DNA from: the human T2T-CHM13v2.0 reference genome, Homo sapiens
NCBI RefSeq assembly: GCF_009914755.1
Contig: NC_060935.1
Length of the DNA stretch: 64,000 nucleotides
Direction: 5' to 3' (one strand)
Positions 1 to 17,207 of this stretch are shown here, in pieces. The position numbers and the translations under genes are program-made. The notes below the pieces were generated by a model. It saw only the letters and a list, made by a program, of their open reading frames with translations. It did not search any database and was not told where the DNA came from. Within the stretch, counting starts at the first letter, position 1. Every line of letters begins with the position of its first letter.

Positions 1-2741
1 AGGTTTCAGGTGAGACTCAGCACATTTCAGCTGAGGCAGCTATGAGGCAAGATTCTTTCTTCTTCAGAAAAATGGAAGGAGAGTAAAGAGACTTTGTTTT
101 GCACCTTAGGTGCCAGCACAGCCACAGCATGGTAGAGCAGCAAGTGGGCTCTTGGCATACCCAATTGCAGGACTTAGCTCTTGAACAGCATTTCTGGACC
201 TACCATGGGCCACAAGGGAGCCCACTGCCCTGAAGGGTGAGTCCCAGGCAAGGCAGCCTTTACTACAAGCTGATTTAAGAGCCCTTTGGCTTTAAGAGAA
301 CACTGGTTGGTAGTCTAGCAACCAGTGGGTAGGGGTCACTATGGGGTGTGGCTCCTCTGCCTTTGGAAAGAGAAGAGAAAAGTGGGAAGGACTTCATCTT
401 GTGGTTTGAACGTCAGCTCGACTGCAATATAATAGAACACCAGGTACTCGTCTAATGTTTTTGACTCTAGTCCCTGACTTCTGGACAGCACCTCTGTATC
501 CACCCAGGGCCTGGGGGATCTCACTGCCCTGATGGGAAGGACACAGGCCTGGCCGGCTTTGCTGCCTGCTGATTGCAGATCTCCAGGGCCTTGAGCAAAC
601 ATAGGCAGTAGCCAAGAAGTGATTACAGCAGGCATTGGGCAAGATGCAGTGCTCTGTGGGCCTCAGGCCTGATGTAGTGCAGTCATAATGGTGGTGGCCA
701 CAGAAGTGCTTATGTCACTCCACCCCCAGTTTTAGGTGGCACAGACAAGAGAGAGAAATTTTTTTTTTTTTCAAGAAATTAAGGGAAGAAAACAGAGCAG
801 TCTCTGCCTGGCAATCCAGAGAATTCTCCTGAATCATGTCCAAGGCCATTGAGGCAGTACTTTTATGAGTCTTCAAAAACCACAGTATTACTGGGCTTGG
901 GATGCTCCCTAAAGTAGAGAGTTTAAATCACGATACCTATGTCCTTTCAAATATCTGCAGAGCGTTCCCAAAAAGGATGGCTACAAATAAGCCCAGACAG
1001 TGAAGACTACAACAAACACCTAACTCTTCAGTGCTCAGACACCGAAGAACATCTACTAGCATCAACACCATTGAGAAAAACATGACCTCAGCGAATGAAC
1101 TAAATAAGTCACCAGGGACCAATCCTGAAGAAATGGGGATATGTGACCTTTCAGAAAGAGAGTTCAAAATAGCTGCAATGAGGAAACTTAAAGAAACTTT
1201 GATAACACAGAGATAACACAGAGAAGGAATTCAGAATTATATCAGATAAATTTAACAAAGAGATTGAAATAGTTAAAAAGAATCAGAAATTCTGCAGCTG
1301 AAAAATGCAATTGTCATAATGAAGAATGCATCAGAGTCCTTTAATAGCAGAATTGACCAAGCAGAAAAAAGAATTAGTCAGCCTGAAGACAGGCTATTTA
1401 AAAAGACACTGTCAAAAGATACAAAAGAAAAATAATAAAAACAACAAAGCACATCTACCGAATATAGAAAATAGCCTTGAAAGGGCAAATCTAAGAATTG
1501 TTGGCCTTAAAGAGAAGGTAGGGAAAGAGACAGGGGTAGAAAATTTATTTAAAGGAATAGTAAGAGAGAACTTCCCCATACCAGAGAATGATGTCAGTAT
1601 CTGAGTACAGGAAAGTTGTAGAACACCAAGCAGATTTAACCCAAAGAGTATCTCAAGGCATTTAAAATCAAACTACCAAAGGTCAAGGAGAAAGAAATGT
1701 AAAAGCAGCAAGAGAAAAGAAATAAATAACATACAATGAAGATCCAATACATCTGACAGCAGATTCTTTCAGTGAAAACCTCGCAGACAGTGGCATGACA
1801 TATTTAAAGTACTGAAGGAGAAAAACCTTTTACAGTAGAATATTATATCTGGCAAAAATATTCTTCAAACATGAAGGAAGAATACTTTCCCTGACAAGAG
1901 CTGAGGGATTTCATTAATATTAGACCTGTCTCACAAGAAATTGTATATAAAGAGAAGAACATTAGAAAGAACAGAACATTCAGTAAGAAAAGAACATTAG
2001 TGAGCAATAAATAATCATCAGATGTTTAAAAACACACTGATAATAATCAGTACGCAGAAAAAGACAGAATATTATAACACTGTAGCTCTGGTGTATAAAC
2101 TACTTTTACCCTAAGTAGTAACACCAAATGATGAACCAATCAAAAATAATAACTACAACAACTTTTCAAGAAACAGTACAGTAAGATATAAATAGAAATA
2201 ACAAAAAGTTAAAAAGTGGGAAGACAAAATTAAAGCATTGGGTTTTTATCAGTATACTTTGTGCTTGTTTGTTTATGCAAATAGTTTTGTTATCAGATTT
2301 AAATAATGGGTTATAAGATGGTATTTGCAAACGTCATGGTAACCTCAAACCCAAAAACATACAATGGACACACAAAAAATTAAAAGAAAGAAACAAAATT
2401 TTATCACCAGAGAAAATCACTTTCGCTAAAGGAAGGCCGGAAGGAGAAAAACAAGGTAGAGGAGTTCACAACCAGCAAACAAATACCAAAATGGCAGGAC
2501 TAAGTCCTTACTTATTAATAATAACATTGAAGGTAAATGGACTAAACTCTCCAATCAAAAGACATAGAGTGGCTGAATGGATTTAAAAACAAGACCCATT
2601 GCTCTATTGCCTATAAGAAACACACTTCACCTATACAGATCCACATAGACTGAAAATAAAGGGAAGGAGAAAGTTATTTTGTGACAATAGAAACTAAGAA
2701 GAGTAGGAGTCACTATACTTTTGTAAGAAAAATTGATTTCA
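1..2741 (+). mobile_element. Old L1 (L1MA-like) 5' part: 5'UTR, degenerate ORF1, start of ORF2 (ATG ~2491); interrupted by a younger L1PA
   Basis: ORF1-like peptide fragments (NLRIVGLKE..., ENFP); ORF2 start ATGGCAGGACTAAGTCCTTACTTATTAATAATAACATTG; sequence resumes at 8887. Confidence 0.85.
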
Positions 2742-3779
2742 CAGGTCTGGCAGCCAAGATGGCCAAATAGGAACAGCTCTGGTCTACAGCTTCCAGTGTG
2801 AGCGATGCAGAAGACAGGTGATTTCTGCATTTCCATCTGAGGTACAGTGTTCATCTCACTGGGGAGTGCCAGACAGTGGGTGCAGGACAGTGGATGCAGC
2901 GCACCATGCACGAGCCGAAGCAGGGCGAGGCATTGCCTCACTCAGGAAGAGCAAGGGGTCAGGGAGTTCCCTTTCCCAGTCAAAGAAAGGGGTGACAGAT
3001 GGCACCTGGAAAATTGGGTGACTCCCACCCTAATACGGCACTTTTCCAACAGGCTTAAAAAACGGTGCACCAGGAGATTATATCCCGCACGTGGCTCAGA
3101 GGGTCCTACACCCATGGAGACTCACTGATTGCTAGCACAGCAGTCTGAGATCAAACTGCAAGGCGGCAGCAAGGCTGGGGGAGGGGCACCCACCATTGCC
3201 CAGGCTCGCTTAGGTAAACAAAGCAGCTGTGAATCTCGAACTGGGTGGAGCCCACCACAGCTCAAGGAGGCTTGCCTGCCTCTGTAGGCTCCACCTCTGG
3301 GGGCAGGGCACAGACAAACAAAAAGACAGCAGTAACCTCTGCAGACTTAAATGTCCCTGTCTGACAGATTTGAAGAGAGCAGTGGTTCTCCCAGCATGCA
3401 GCTGGAGATCTGAGAATAGGCAGACTGCCTCCTCAAGTGGGTCCCTGACCCCTGACCCCCGAGCAGCCTAACTGGAAGGCACCCCCCAGTAGGGGCAGAC
3501 TGACATCTCACACGGCTGGGTACTCCTCTGAGACAAAACTTCCAGAGGAACGATCAGACAGCAGCATTCACGGTTCACAAAAATCCACTGTTCTGCAGCC
3601 ACCGCTGCTGATACCCAGGCAAACAGGGTCTGGAGTGGACCTCTAGCAAACTCCAACAGACCTGCAGCTGAGGGTCCTGTCTGTTAGAAGGAAAACTAAC
3701 AAACAGAAAGGACATCCACACCAAAAACCCATCTGTACATCACCATCATCAAAGACCAAAAGTAGATAAAACCACAAAG

Positions 3780-4793
3780 ATGAGGAAAAAAGAGCAGAAA
3801 AACTGGAAACTCGAAAAAGCGGAGCACCTCTCCTCCTCCAAAGGAACACAGTTCCTCACAGCAACAGAACAAAGCTGGATGGAGAATGACTTTGACAAGT
3901 TGAGAGAAGAAGGCTTCAGATGATCAAACTACTCCGAGATACAGGAGGAAATTCAAACCAAAGGCAAAGAAGTTAAAAACTTTGAAAAAAATTTAGACGA
4001 ATGTATAACTAGAATAACCAATACAGAGAAGTGCTTAAAGGAGCTGATGGAGCTGAAAGCCAAGGCTTGAGAACTACATGAAGAATGCAGAAGACTCAGG
4101 AGCTGATGTGATCAACTGGAAGAAAGGGTATCAGTGATGGAAGATGAAATGAATGAAATGAAGTGAGAAGGGAAGTTTAGAGAAAAAAGAATAAAAAGAA
4201 ATGAACAAAGCCTCCAAGAAGTATGGAACTATGTGAAAACACCAAATCTATATCTGACTGGTGTACCTGAAAGTGACGGGAAGAATAGAACCAAGTTGGA
4301 AAACACTCTGCAGGATATTATCCAGGAGAACTTCCCCAATCTAGCAAGGCAGGCCAACGTTCAGATTCAGGAAATACAGAGAACACCACAAAGATACTCC
4401 TCGAGAAGAGCAACTCCAAGACACATAATTGTCAGATTCACCAAAGTTGAAATGAAGGAAAAAATGTTAAGGGCAGCCAGAGAGAAAGGTCGGTTTACCC
4501 ACAAAAGGAAGTCCATCAGACTAACAGCGGATCTCTCGGCAGAAACTCTACAAGCCAGAAGACAGTGGGGGTCAATATTCAACATTGTTAAAGAAAAGAA
4601 TTTTCAACCCAGAATTTCATATCCAGCCGAACTAAGCTTCATAAGTGAAGGAGAAATAAAATACTTTACAGACAAGCAAATGCTGAGAGATTTTGTCACC
4701 ACCAGGCCTGCCCTAAAAAAGCTTCTGAAGGAAGCACTAAACATGGAAAGCAACAACCAGTACCAGTCACTGCAGAATCATACAAAATTGTAA
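3780..4793 (+). pseudogene. L1 ORF1p remnant (N-terminal frameshift and stops; C-terminal 186 aa open)
   Basis: ORF 4233-4793 ...IIQENFPNLARQANVQIQEIQRTPQRYSSRRATPRHIIVRFTKVEMKEKMLRAAREKG is typical ORF1p. Confidence 0.9.
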
Positions 4794-4841
4794 AGACCAT
4801 TGAGGCTAGGAAGAAACTGCATCAACTAACGAGTAAAATAA

Positions 4842-8680
<3,839 letters not shown>

Positions 8681-9366
8681 GAACACATGGACACTGGAAG
8701 GGGAACATCACACTCTGGGGACTGTTGTGGGGTGGGGTTGGGGGGAGGGATAGCATTAGGAGATATACTTAATGCTAAATGACGAGTTAATGGGTGCAGC
8801 ACAACAGCATGGTACATGTATACATATGTAACTAACCTGCACATTGTGCACATGTACCCTAAAACTTAAAGTATAATAATAAAAAAAAGAAAAATACATT
8901 TCATGAGAAAAACTGTAAAAAGACACAAATAAGCTTACTATATAATGGTAATGGGGTCAATTCAGCAAGAGAATATAACAATTTTAAATGTATATGCACC
9001 CCCAAGTGGAGCACCCAGATATATAAAGGAAATATTGTTAAAGAGAAAGAGAAAGATAGACCCAAATAGAATAATAGCTGGAGATTTCAAGACCCCACTT
9101 TCAGCATTGGACAGACCTTCCAGACAGAAAATCAATGAAGAAACATCAGACTTAATCTGCGCTATAGACCAAATAAATCTAATAGATATCTACAGAACAT
9201 TTTACCCAAGAGCTTCAGAATACACAGTTGTATCATCAGAACATGGATCATTCTCAATGATAGACCATATGTTATGTCACAGAACAAGTCTTAAGATATT
9301 CAAGAAATTGAAATAATATTGAGAATCTTCTCTGATCACAATGGAAACATACTAGAAATTAATAAG

Positions 9367-9680
9367 GGTTGGGCACTGTCCTCACACCTGTATTCCCAGC
9401 ACTTTGGGAGGCTGAGGTGGGCAGACCACTTGAGGTCAGGAGTTAGAGAGCAGCCTTGCCAACATGGTGAGACCCTGTCTCTACTAAAAATACGAAAAAA
9501 AAAATAGCCATGCTGGTGTCACGCACCTGTAATCACAGCTACTTGGGAAGCTGAGGCATGAGAATCGCTTGAATCTGGGAGGCGGAGGTTGCAGTAAAGG
9601 CGAGATCATACCGCTGCACTCTAGCCTGAGTGACACAACAAGACTCCATCTCAAAAAAGTAAATAAATAAACAAATAAAA
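9367..9680 (+). mobile_element. Alu (AluS-like)
   Basis: Alu dimer with A-rich tail; TSD AGAAATTAATAA. Confidence 0.9.
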
Positions 9681-10244
9681 GAAATTAATAATGAGAAATT
9701 TTGTAAACTATATACTGTATGAATAAATAAAAATTAAACAATATGTTCCTGAAGGACCAGTGGGTTAATGCAGGAATTAAGAAGTAAATTGAAATTTTTC
9801 TTGAAACAAATGATAATTGAAATACAACATATGAAAACCTATGAGACACAGCAAAAGTAGTACTAAGAGGAAAGTTTATAGCTATAAGTGCCTACATCAA
9901 GAAAGAAGAAAAACTTCAAATAAACAATCTAACAGTGCATCATAAAGAATTAGAAAAGGAAGACCAAACCAAACCGAAAATTTGTAGAGCAAAAGACATA
10001 ATAAAGATCAGAGCAGAAATAAATGAAATTGAAATGGAAAAAAAGTATGAAAGACTAATGAAATAAAAACAGGGTCCTTTGAAAAATTAAATAAAACTGA
10101 CAAACTTTGAGCCAGACTAAGAAAAAGAGAGAAGATCCAAAAAAATAAAATTAGAAATAAAAAAGGAGACATTACAACTGATACTGCAGAAATTCAAAGG
10201 ATCATTAGTGGCTACCATGAGCAATTATATACCAATAAAGTGGA

Positions 10245-10546
<302 letters not shown>

Positions 10547-10795
10547 TACGTACCAATAAAATGGAAAATCTAAAACAAATGGACAAATTCCTAGACACAT
10601 ATAACCTACTAGGATTGAACCAGGAAGAAATCTAAAACCCTAACCGACCAAGAGCAAGTAATGAGATCGAAGCTATACCAAAATCTCTCAGTAAAGAAAA
10701 GCTCAGGACCTGATAGCTTCACTGCTGAATTCTACCAAATATTTTAAAAAGAATATCAATCCTACTCAAACTCTTCTGAAAAATAGAGGAGAAGG

Positions 10796-11113
10796 CAGCA
10801 AGCTAACACAGGAACAGAAAACCAAACACCGCATGTTCTCACTCATAAATGGGAGTTGAATAATGAGAACACATGGATACAGTGAGGGGAAATTCATACA
10901 CCGGGGCCTGTCAGCAGGTGAAGGCCTAGGGGAGGGACAGTGTTAGGAGAAATACCTAATGTAGATGGCAGGTTGATGGGTGCAGCAAACCACCATGGCT
11001 CATTTATACCTATGTAACAAACCTGCGCATTGAGCACATGTATCGCAGAACTTAAAGTATATAAAAAAAGATAAACAATTCCAATAGAAAAATGGGAAAA
11101 TGTAAAAAAAAAA
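10796..11113 (+). mobile_element. 5'-truncated L1PA 3' end with a probable short 3' transduction
   Basis: L1PA 3'UTR (AACACCGCATGTTCTCACTCATAA...AACTTAAAGTATA), two A-tracts; flanked by AAAAATAGAG(GAG)AAGG duplication. Confidence 0.8.
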
Positions 11114-11261
11114 ATAGAGAAGGGAATACTTCCAAACTCATTCTATGAGGCAAGTGTTATCCTGGTACTAAAACCAAAGACATATCAAAACACAGAAAAC
11201 GATAGTCCAATATCTCTGATGAATATTGATGCAAAAATCCTCATAAAAATATTAGCAAACC

Positions 11262-11648
11262 CTAGTGAAAGTGGACACCCTTGTTGTGTTCCAGATCTTG
11301 GAAAAAAGGCTTTCAGCTTTTCCCCATTCAGTGTGATAGTAGCTGTGGGTCTCTCATATATGTCTTTTATTCTGTTGAGGTACGTTTCTTTTATTCCCAG
11401 TTTGTTCAGAGGTTTTATTATGAAGGAAAGTTGAATCTTATCAAATGCTTTTTTGCCATCCATTGTGATGATTATACGGTTTTTCTCTTTCATTCTGTTG
11501 ATATAGTGTATCGCATTGATTGTTTTGCATATTTTGAACTATGCTTGCATCCCAGGGATACATCCCACTCAGTCATGATGAATAATCTTTCTAATGTATT
11601 GTTGAATTTGGTTTGCTAGTGTTTTGTTGAGGATTTTTGCATCAATAT
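11262..11648 (-). mobile_element. Inverted L1 ORF2 (RT) segment followed by a ~45-bp L1MA 3' terminus on + (11645-11690)
   Basis: Minus ORF KAFDKIQ...[10 protein letters not shown]; then ATATATACACCTACTCTGCACCCACAAAAATT. Confidence 0.8.
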
Positions 11649-13378
11649 ATACACCTACTCTGCACCCACAAAAATTATTAAAAAGAATTTTTAAAGGACC
11701 AAAAAAAGATAGACAATTCAGTTGGCCAACTTCCAAAGAATTGTATGACATAATATTTGGACACTGCCACAAACTCCATACATGTGAAGGACACAATTAC
11801 TATTGTATGGTTCCTGGACGTACCATCTTCACTTCTGTAGAACTATAGAAATAAGTGGGTGACAGGTGGGAAAAGATTTGTAAGTTATGTTAAGGAGTTT
11901 CTAAATCATCACAGGGGAGATGTCAAGCCACTGGAAAGTTAGAACTGGAAAAACATGGTGGAGAGGAGGATGTCTCTTATTGGGATGCACAAAAGGGATG
12001 ATGGACATCTGAGCTAGCATAATAGCCTATTGAGATGAGAAGAGATACATAGATTTGAGATAATTCAAAGGTAGAGTTGACAGAATTTGATCATTGATTG
12101 AGAAAGAGTGAGAACATTGACATCTAAGTTTCTGGATTGATCCTCTAGAAGCAACAATAATCTTAATTCTTTCAAAGGAAATCATATGCAAATTGGTAGT
12201 TGACATTTTGCTTGAAGTCTTTAATATAATATTTTCATGATTGTAAAACCAAATGACTCTCCATATTTATGAATGTGCTTACTTTTGACAGAATTTTCAT
12301 AGGCTCACTCCTTCTAAACTCAGTTCCCTTAACTCTCTTCGCATGAGATCATATGTTTCTCAATAACAAATTCTGCAGTAGGGGCTATTAGGTGCCCAAC
12401 CCCATCTCCACTTTTCACTCATGCTTCAGGAAGAACAGTTTGCTATTTACCAGGGAAGTCTTTTAAAGCTGCTATGGACATTCAGCTAAAGGACACTGAG
12501 AATGTAACTAAGAAATTCAATGATGTCTTCAAGTTGCCTGACTATAGGTTTTGAATAACAATGACCTACACTTATTGAGAGATTAACAATACGCCAGGTA
12601 CCTTCTAACTTCTAAGTATACTGTTACATTTGGTCCTCACAACAATTCTATGCGGTAATCATTACTATTATCCACATTTTATAGAGCAGGAAATTGACAT
12701 AGAGATAGCACAAATAGATTGCTCAAAATTACACAAGATGAAAATAGCCGACTCAGGTTTAAGGCCACAGAACTTGTGCCAAGAGCTCTCACGTGAGATA
12801 TACAAACAAAGATTCCTTTTCTAATTGCCATCAGCTATTTGAGACCATATTATCTGCCAGTTTCCTTGTTGATCTAGAAGCCTCTTTAATCATTAACTAC
12901 TTCCCCAGAGGCTCTGTCTCCAAATACGGTTACATTGAGGGTTAAGTCTTCAACCTGTGAGTTTTGAGGGAACACAGTATAGTCCTTAAAAGTTGCTCTC
13001 TGTTCCCAAGCTGAGTGCTAAGATCTTTCCTCAATAATGAATTCTTTTTTTGCCTAAGTCAGCCAGAGAAGTGCTTTTAACCAACAATGCTAATGAGTAA
13101 AGTATCTATATATGATAGCAATATATTTGGTATCCTTTATTTGATGAAATCATTTATTTGATGTTCCTTTCATTTGTACATGTAATCAAGAATCATTTAG
13201 TCATTTATTCAAACATAGTTTTACCACTGCCATTTAACCACCTGTGTGACTTTAGAGAAATTCATCTAAGTAACAGTTCCCTTAACTATAAAGTATAGAC
13301 AATTATACTGACCCCAAGATTGTTTGAAGGATTTGGGGTTATATGAATCTATATAATTATTAAATATCCTGACAAATA

Positions 13379-13660
13379 CAGTTGACCCCTGAACAACACA
13401 GGTGTGAACTGCATGGGTCCACTTATGGTTGGATTTTTTGCAATAAATACAGTCAATAGTCCATATTGGTAGGTTCCACATCTGCAACCCCATGCAGATT
13501 GAAAATACAGTATTTGCAGGATTCAAAACCTGTGTACACAGAAAGCTGATTTTCCTAATGGCAGGTTCCACAGAGCCAACTGCAGGACCTGAGTATGAGT
13601 GGATTTTAGTATCATTGGGGATCCTGGAACCAATTCCTCCAGGATACGGTGGGATGATTG
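13379..13660. mobile_element. TcMar-Tigger MITE (MER2B/Tigger2-like)
   Basis: CAGTTGACCCCTGAACAACAC start and GGATACGGTGGGATGATTG end, TA flanks. Confidence 0.75.
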
Positions 13661-14436
13661 TAGTATTAACTGGCAGTATCATATGTTTGGGTGGGCTCTG
13701 ACACCTTTTTAAAAAAAGATGGCCAGGAGAAAAAAAAATGAATATTTAATTTTTGGTTTTCAAAACTGTGACTGTGAAACAAAGCTAATTCCTTCTTTTT
13801 TTCATAGTGAATATGTTTTTTAATCATTAACTATTTCTTTACAAATGAAAATTGTATATATTTATTGAGTACAACATGATGTTTTAAAATATGTGTACAT
13901 TGTTAAGTGACACAGTAGAGCTAATTAATATATGCAATATCTTATAAACTTTTAATGTTTGGATGAGAACACTTAGAATGTATTCTCATAACAATTTTCA
14001 TAAAAGTATTTTTAAACATAGTCACCATGCGATACATTAGATTTATTGGACTGCTCCTACCATCTAACTGAAATTTTGTGTCCTGTGACCATCTCCCCAA
14101 TCCCTACCACCTCCTGCAACCTCTATTAACCACTATTATACTCTCTGCTTCCATGAATTTAACTTTTTCCAATTTCACACGTAAGTTACATAATGTGGTA
14201 TTCGTCTTTCTGTGCCTGGTTTATTTTACTTAACACAATGTACTCCAAGTTCATCTATGTGGTTTCATATGACTGAATTTCCTTCCTTTTAAAAGCTGAA
14301 TCGTATTCTATTATGCGTATACACCACATTTTTAATGTTCATAAATCTGTTGATAGAAACTTAGGTTGATTATATGACTTGGATATTGTGAATAATTCTA
14401 CAATGTACATAGAAGTGCAGATATCTGTTTAACATA

Positions 14437-16288
14437 CAGGCCTATCTCAGTGATTTTGAGGATTCAGTTCCAGACGACTGCAATAAAGTGAATATTTCAT
14501 TAAAGCAAGTCACATAAAGTTTATGGTTTCCCCGTGCATATAAAAGTCATGTTCACACTGTACTGTAGTCTATTAGGTTTCCAATTGCATTATGTTTTTA
14601 AAAAGTACCTATCTTAATTTCAAATACTTTATTGTTAAATAATGCCTAGGATAATCTGAGCTTTCAAAGAGTTGTAATCTTTTTGCTGGTGCAAGGTCTT
14701 GTTTCAATGTTGATGGCTGCTGACCAGGGTGGGACTTGCTGAAGGTTAAGGTAGCTAAGGTAATTTCTTAAAATAAGACAACAAACAAGTTTGCTGCATT
14801 GATTAACACTTCTTTTCACAAAAGATTTTTCTGTAGTATGTAATGCTGTTTGGTAGCATTTTACCCACAATAAAATTTCACTGAAATTTGGAATCAATCA
14901 TTTTAACCCCTGCTACTGCTTTATCAACTAGGTTGATGTAACGTTAGAAATCCTTTGTTACCATTTCAGCAATGTTCACAGAATCTTCACCAGGAGTAGC
15001 TTCTATCTCAAGAGGTCATTTTCTTTGCTCATCCATAAGAAGCAATTTCTTATCCATTCAGGTTTTATCTTGAGATTGAAGCAATTCAGTCAGATCTTCA
15101 CACTCTACCTCTAATTTTAGTTCTCTTGTTATTTCCACCACATCTGCAGTTACTTCCTCCATTTAAATCTTGAGTGCTTCAAAGTTATCTGCAAGGATTG
15201 GAATCACCTTCTTCCAAATTCCTGTTGATGTTGATAGCTTGATCTCCTCCCATGAATCATGAATGTTTTTAATGGCATATGGAATCGAAAATCCTTCCAA
15301 GAGGTTTCCAATTTACTTTGCCCTAATCCATCAGAAAAATCACAATGTATTGCAGCTATAGCCTTACAGAATGTATTTCTTAAATAATAAGAATTGGAAA
15401 GTTGAAATTACTCCTTGATCTATGAGCTGCAGAATGAATGTATGTTAGCAGGCATGAAAAAAATATCCTTTTACATCTCCATCAGAGCTCTTGAATGAAT
15501 AGGTGCATTGTCAATGAGCAGTAATATTTTCATAAGAATATTTTTTTCCTGAGTAGAGGTCTCAATAGTAGCCTTAAAATATTCAGTAAACCATGCTGTA
15601 AATAGATGGTGCTGTAATCTAGGCTTCGTTCTTCCATTTATAGAGCATAGGTGAAGTCTATTTACCATAATCCTTAAGGGCCCCAGGATTTTTGGAATGG
15701 TAAGAGAGCATTGGCATCAACTTAAAGTCAGCAGCTGCATAAACTGCTAATAAGAAAGCCAGCCTGTCCTTTGCAGCTTTGACGGTTGGAATTGACTTCC
15801 CCTTTCTAGCTGTGACAGTCCTTGATGGCATCTCCTTCCGATAGAAACCTGTGTCATCTAAATGGGAAATTTGTTGTTTGGTGTAGCCACCTCCATCAAT
15901 TATCTTAGCTAGATATTCTGGATAACCTGCTACCGTTTCTACATCAGCACTTGCTGCTTCCCTTTTGCACTTTTATGTTATGAAAATGGGCCAGGCACGG
16001 TGGCTCATGCCTGCAATCCCAGCATTTTAGGAGACTGAGGTTGGTGGATCACCTGAGGTCATGAGCTTGAAACCAGCCTGAACAATGTGGTGAAACCCCG
16101 TCTCTACTATAAATACAAAAAAAAAGTCAGCCAGCTGTGGTAGTGGGAGCCTGTAATTCCAGCTACTTTGGAGGCTGAGGGAGGAGAATCACTTGAGCCC
16201 AGGAGCAGAGGTTGCAGTGAGCCCTGATCGCCTCACCACTGCATTCCAGCCTGAGCAACAGAGTGAAACTCTGTCTAAAAGAAAAGAA

Positions 16289-16340
<52 letters not shown>

Positions 16341-17207
16341 AAAGAAAGAGAAAATGGCTTCTTTCCTTAAACCTCATGAACTAACCTCTGCTAGCTTCCA
16401 ACTTTTTTTCTGCAGCTTCCTCACATCTCTTAGCCATCAAATAACTGAAAAGAGTTAGAGTCTTGCTCGGGATTAAGCTTTGGTTTATGAATGTTGTGGC
16501 TAGTTTAATTTTCTATCCAGAGCACTAAAACTGGCTCCAAAACAGCAATAAGGCTATTTTGCTTTCTTATCATTTATGTGTACACTGGTTTAGCACTATT
16601 AATTTCCTTCAAAGATTTTTCCTTGCACTCACAACTTGGCTAACTGTTTGGTGCAAAAGATCTAGTTATTGGACTGTCTGAGATTTTGACCTGCCTTCCT
16701 CACTATGCTTAATCATTTTTAGCTGTTTGTTTAAAATAAAAGACTCGTGACCCTTCCATTCACTTGAATACTTATAGATCATTGTATGGTTAATAATTGA
16801 TGTGATTTAAATGTTCTTGTGTCTCAGGGAATAGGGAGGCTGGAAGAGAGGGAGAGAGTCTGGGAACGGTCAGCCGGTGATGCAGTGAGAACACTCACAA
16901 CAGTTATCAATTAAGTTTGCTGTCTTATATGGGTGCAATTGGTGGTGCTCCAGAACAGCTAAAATAGCACCATCAAAACTCACTGATCACAGATCACCTT
17001 AACAGACACAATAACAAGGAAAAAGTGTGAATATTCTGGGAATGACCAAAATGTAACACAGACAGGAAGGGAGCACATTTGTTGGAAAAATGGTGCCAGT
17101 AGACTTGCTTCATGCAAGGTTGACACAAAACTTCTATTTGTAAATAGAACCTTTATAGTACCTCTGAAGTATGATAAAGTGAAGTGCAATAAAATGAGGT
17201 GTGCCTG
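14437..17207 (-). mobile_element. Essentially full-length Tigger1 DNA transposon (degenerate transposase)
   Basis: Termini CAGGCCTATCTC... and ...AATAAAATGAGGTGTGCCTG with TA TSDs; about 2.4 kb after removing the Alu; transposase peptides KILLLIDNAP and MRFKERSH. Confidence 0.9.
15989..16350 (+). mobile_element. Alu with (GAAA)n tail inside Tigger1
   Basis: GGCCAGGCACGGTGGCTCA...; tail AAAGAAAG repeat 16277-16350; TSD GAAAATGG. Confidence 0.9.
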
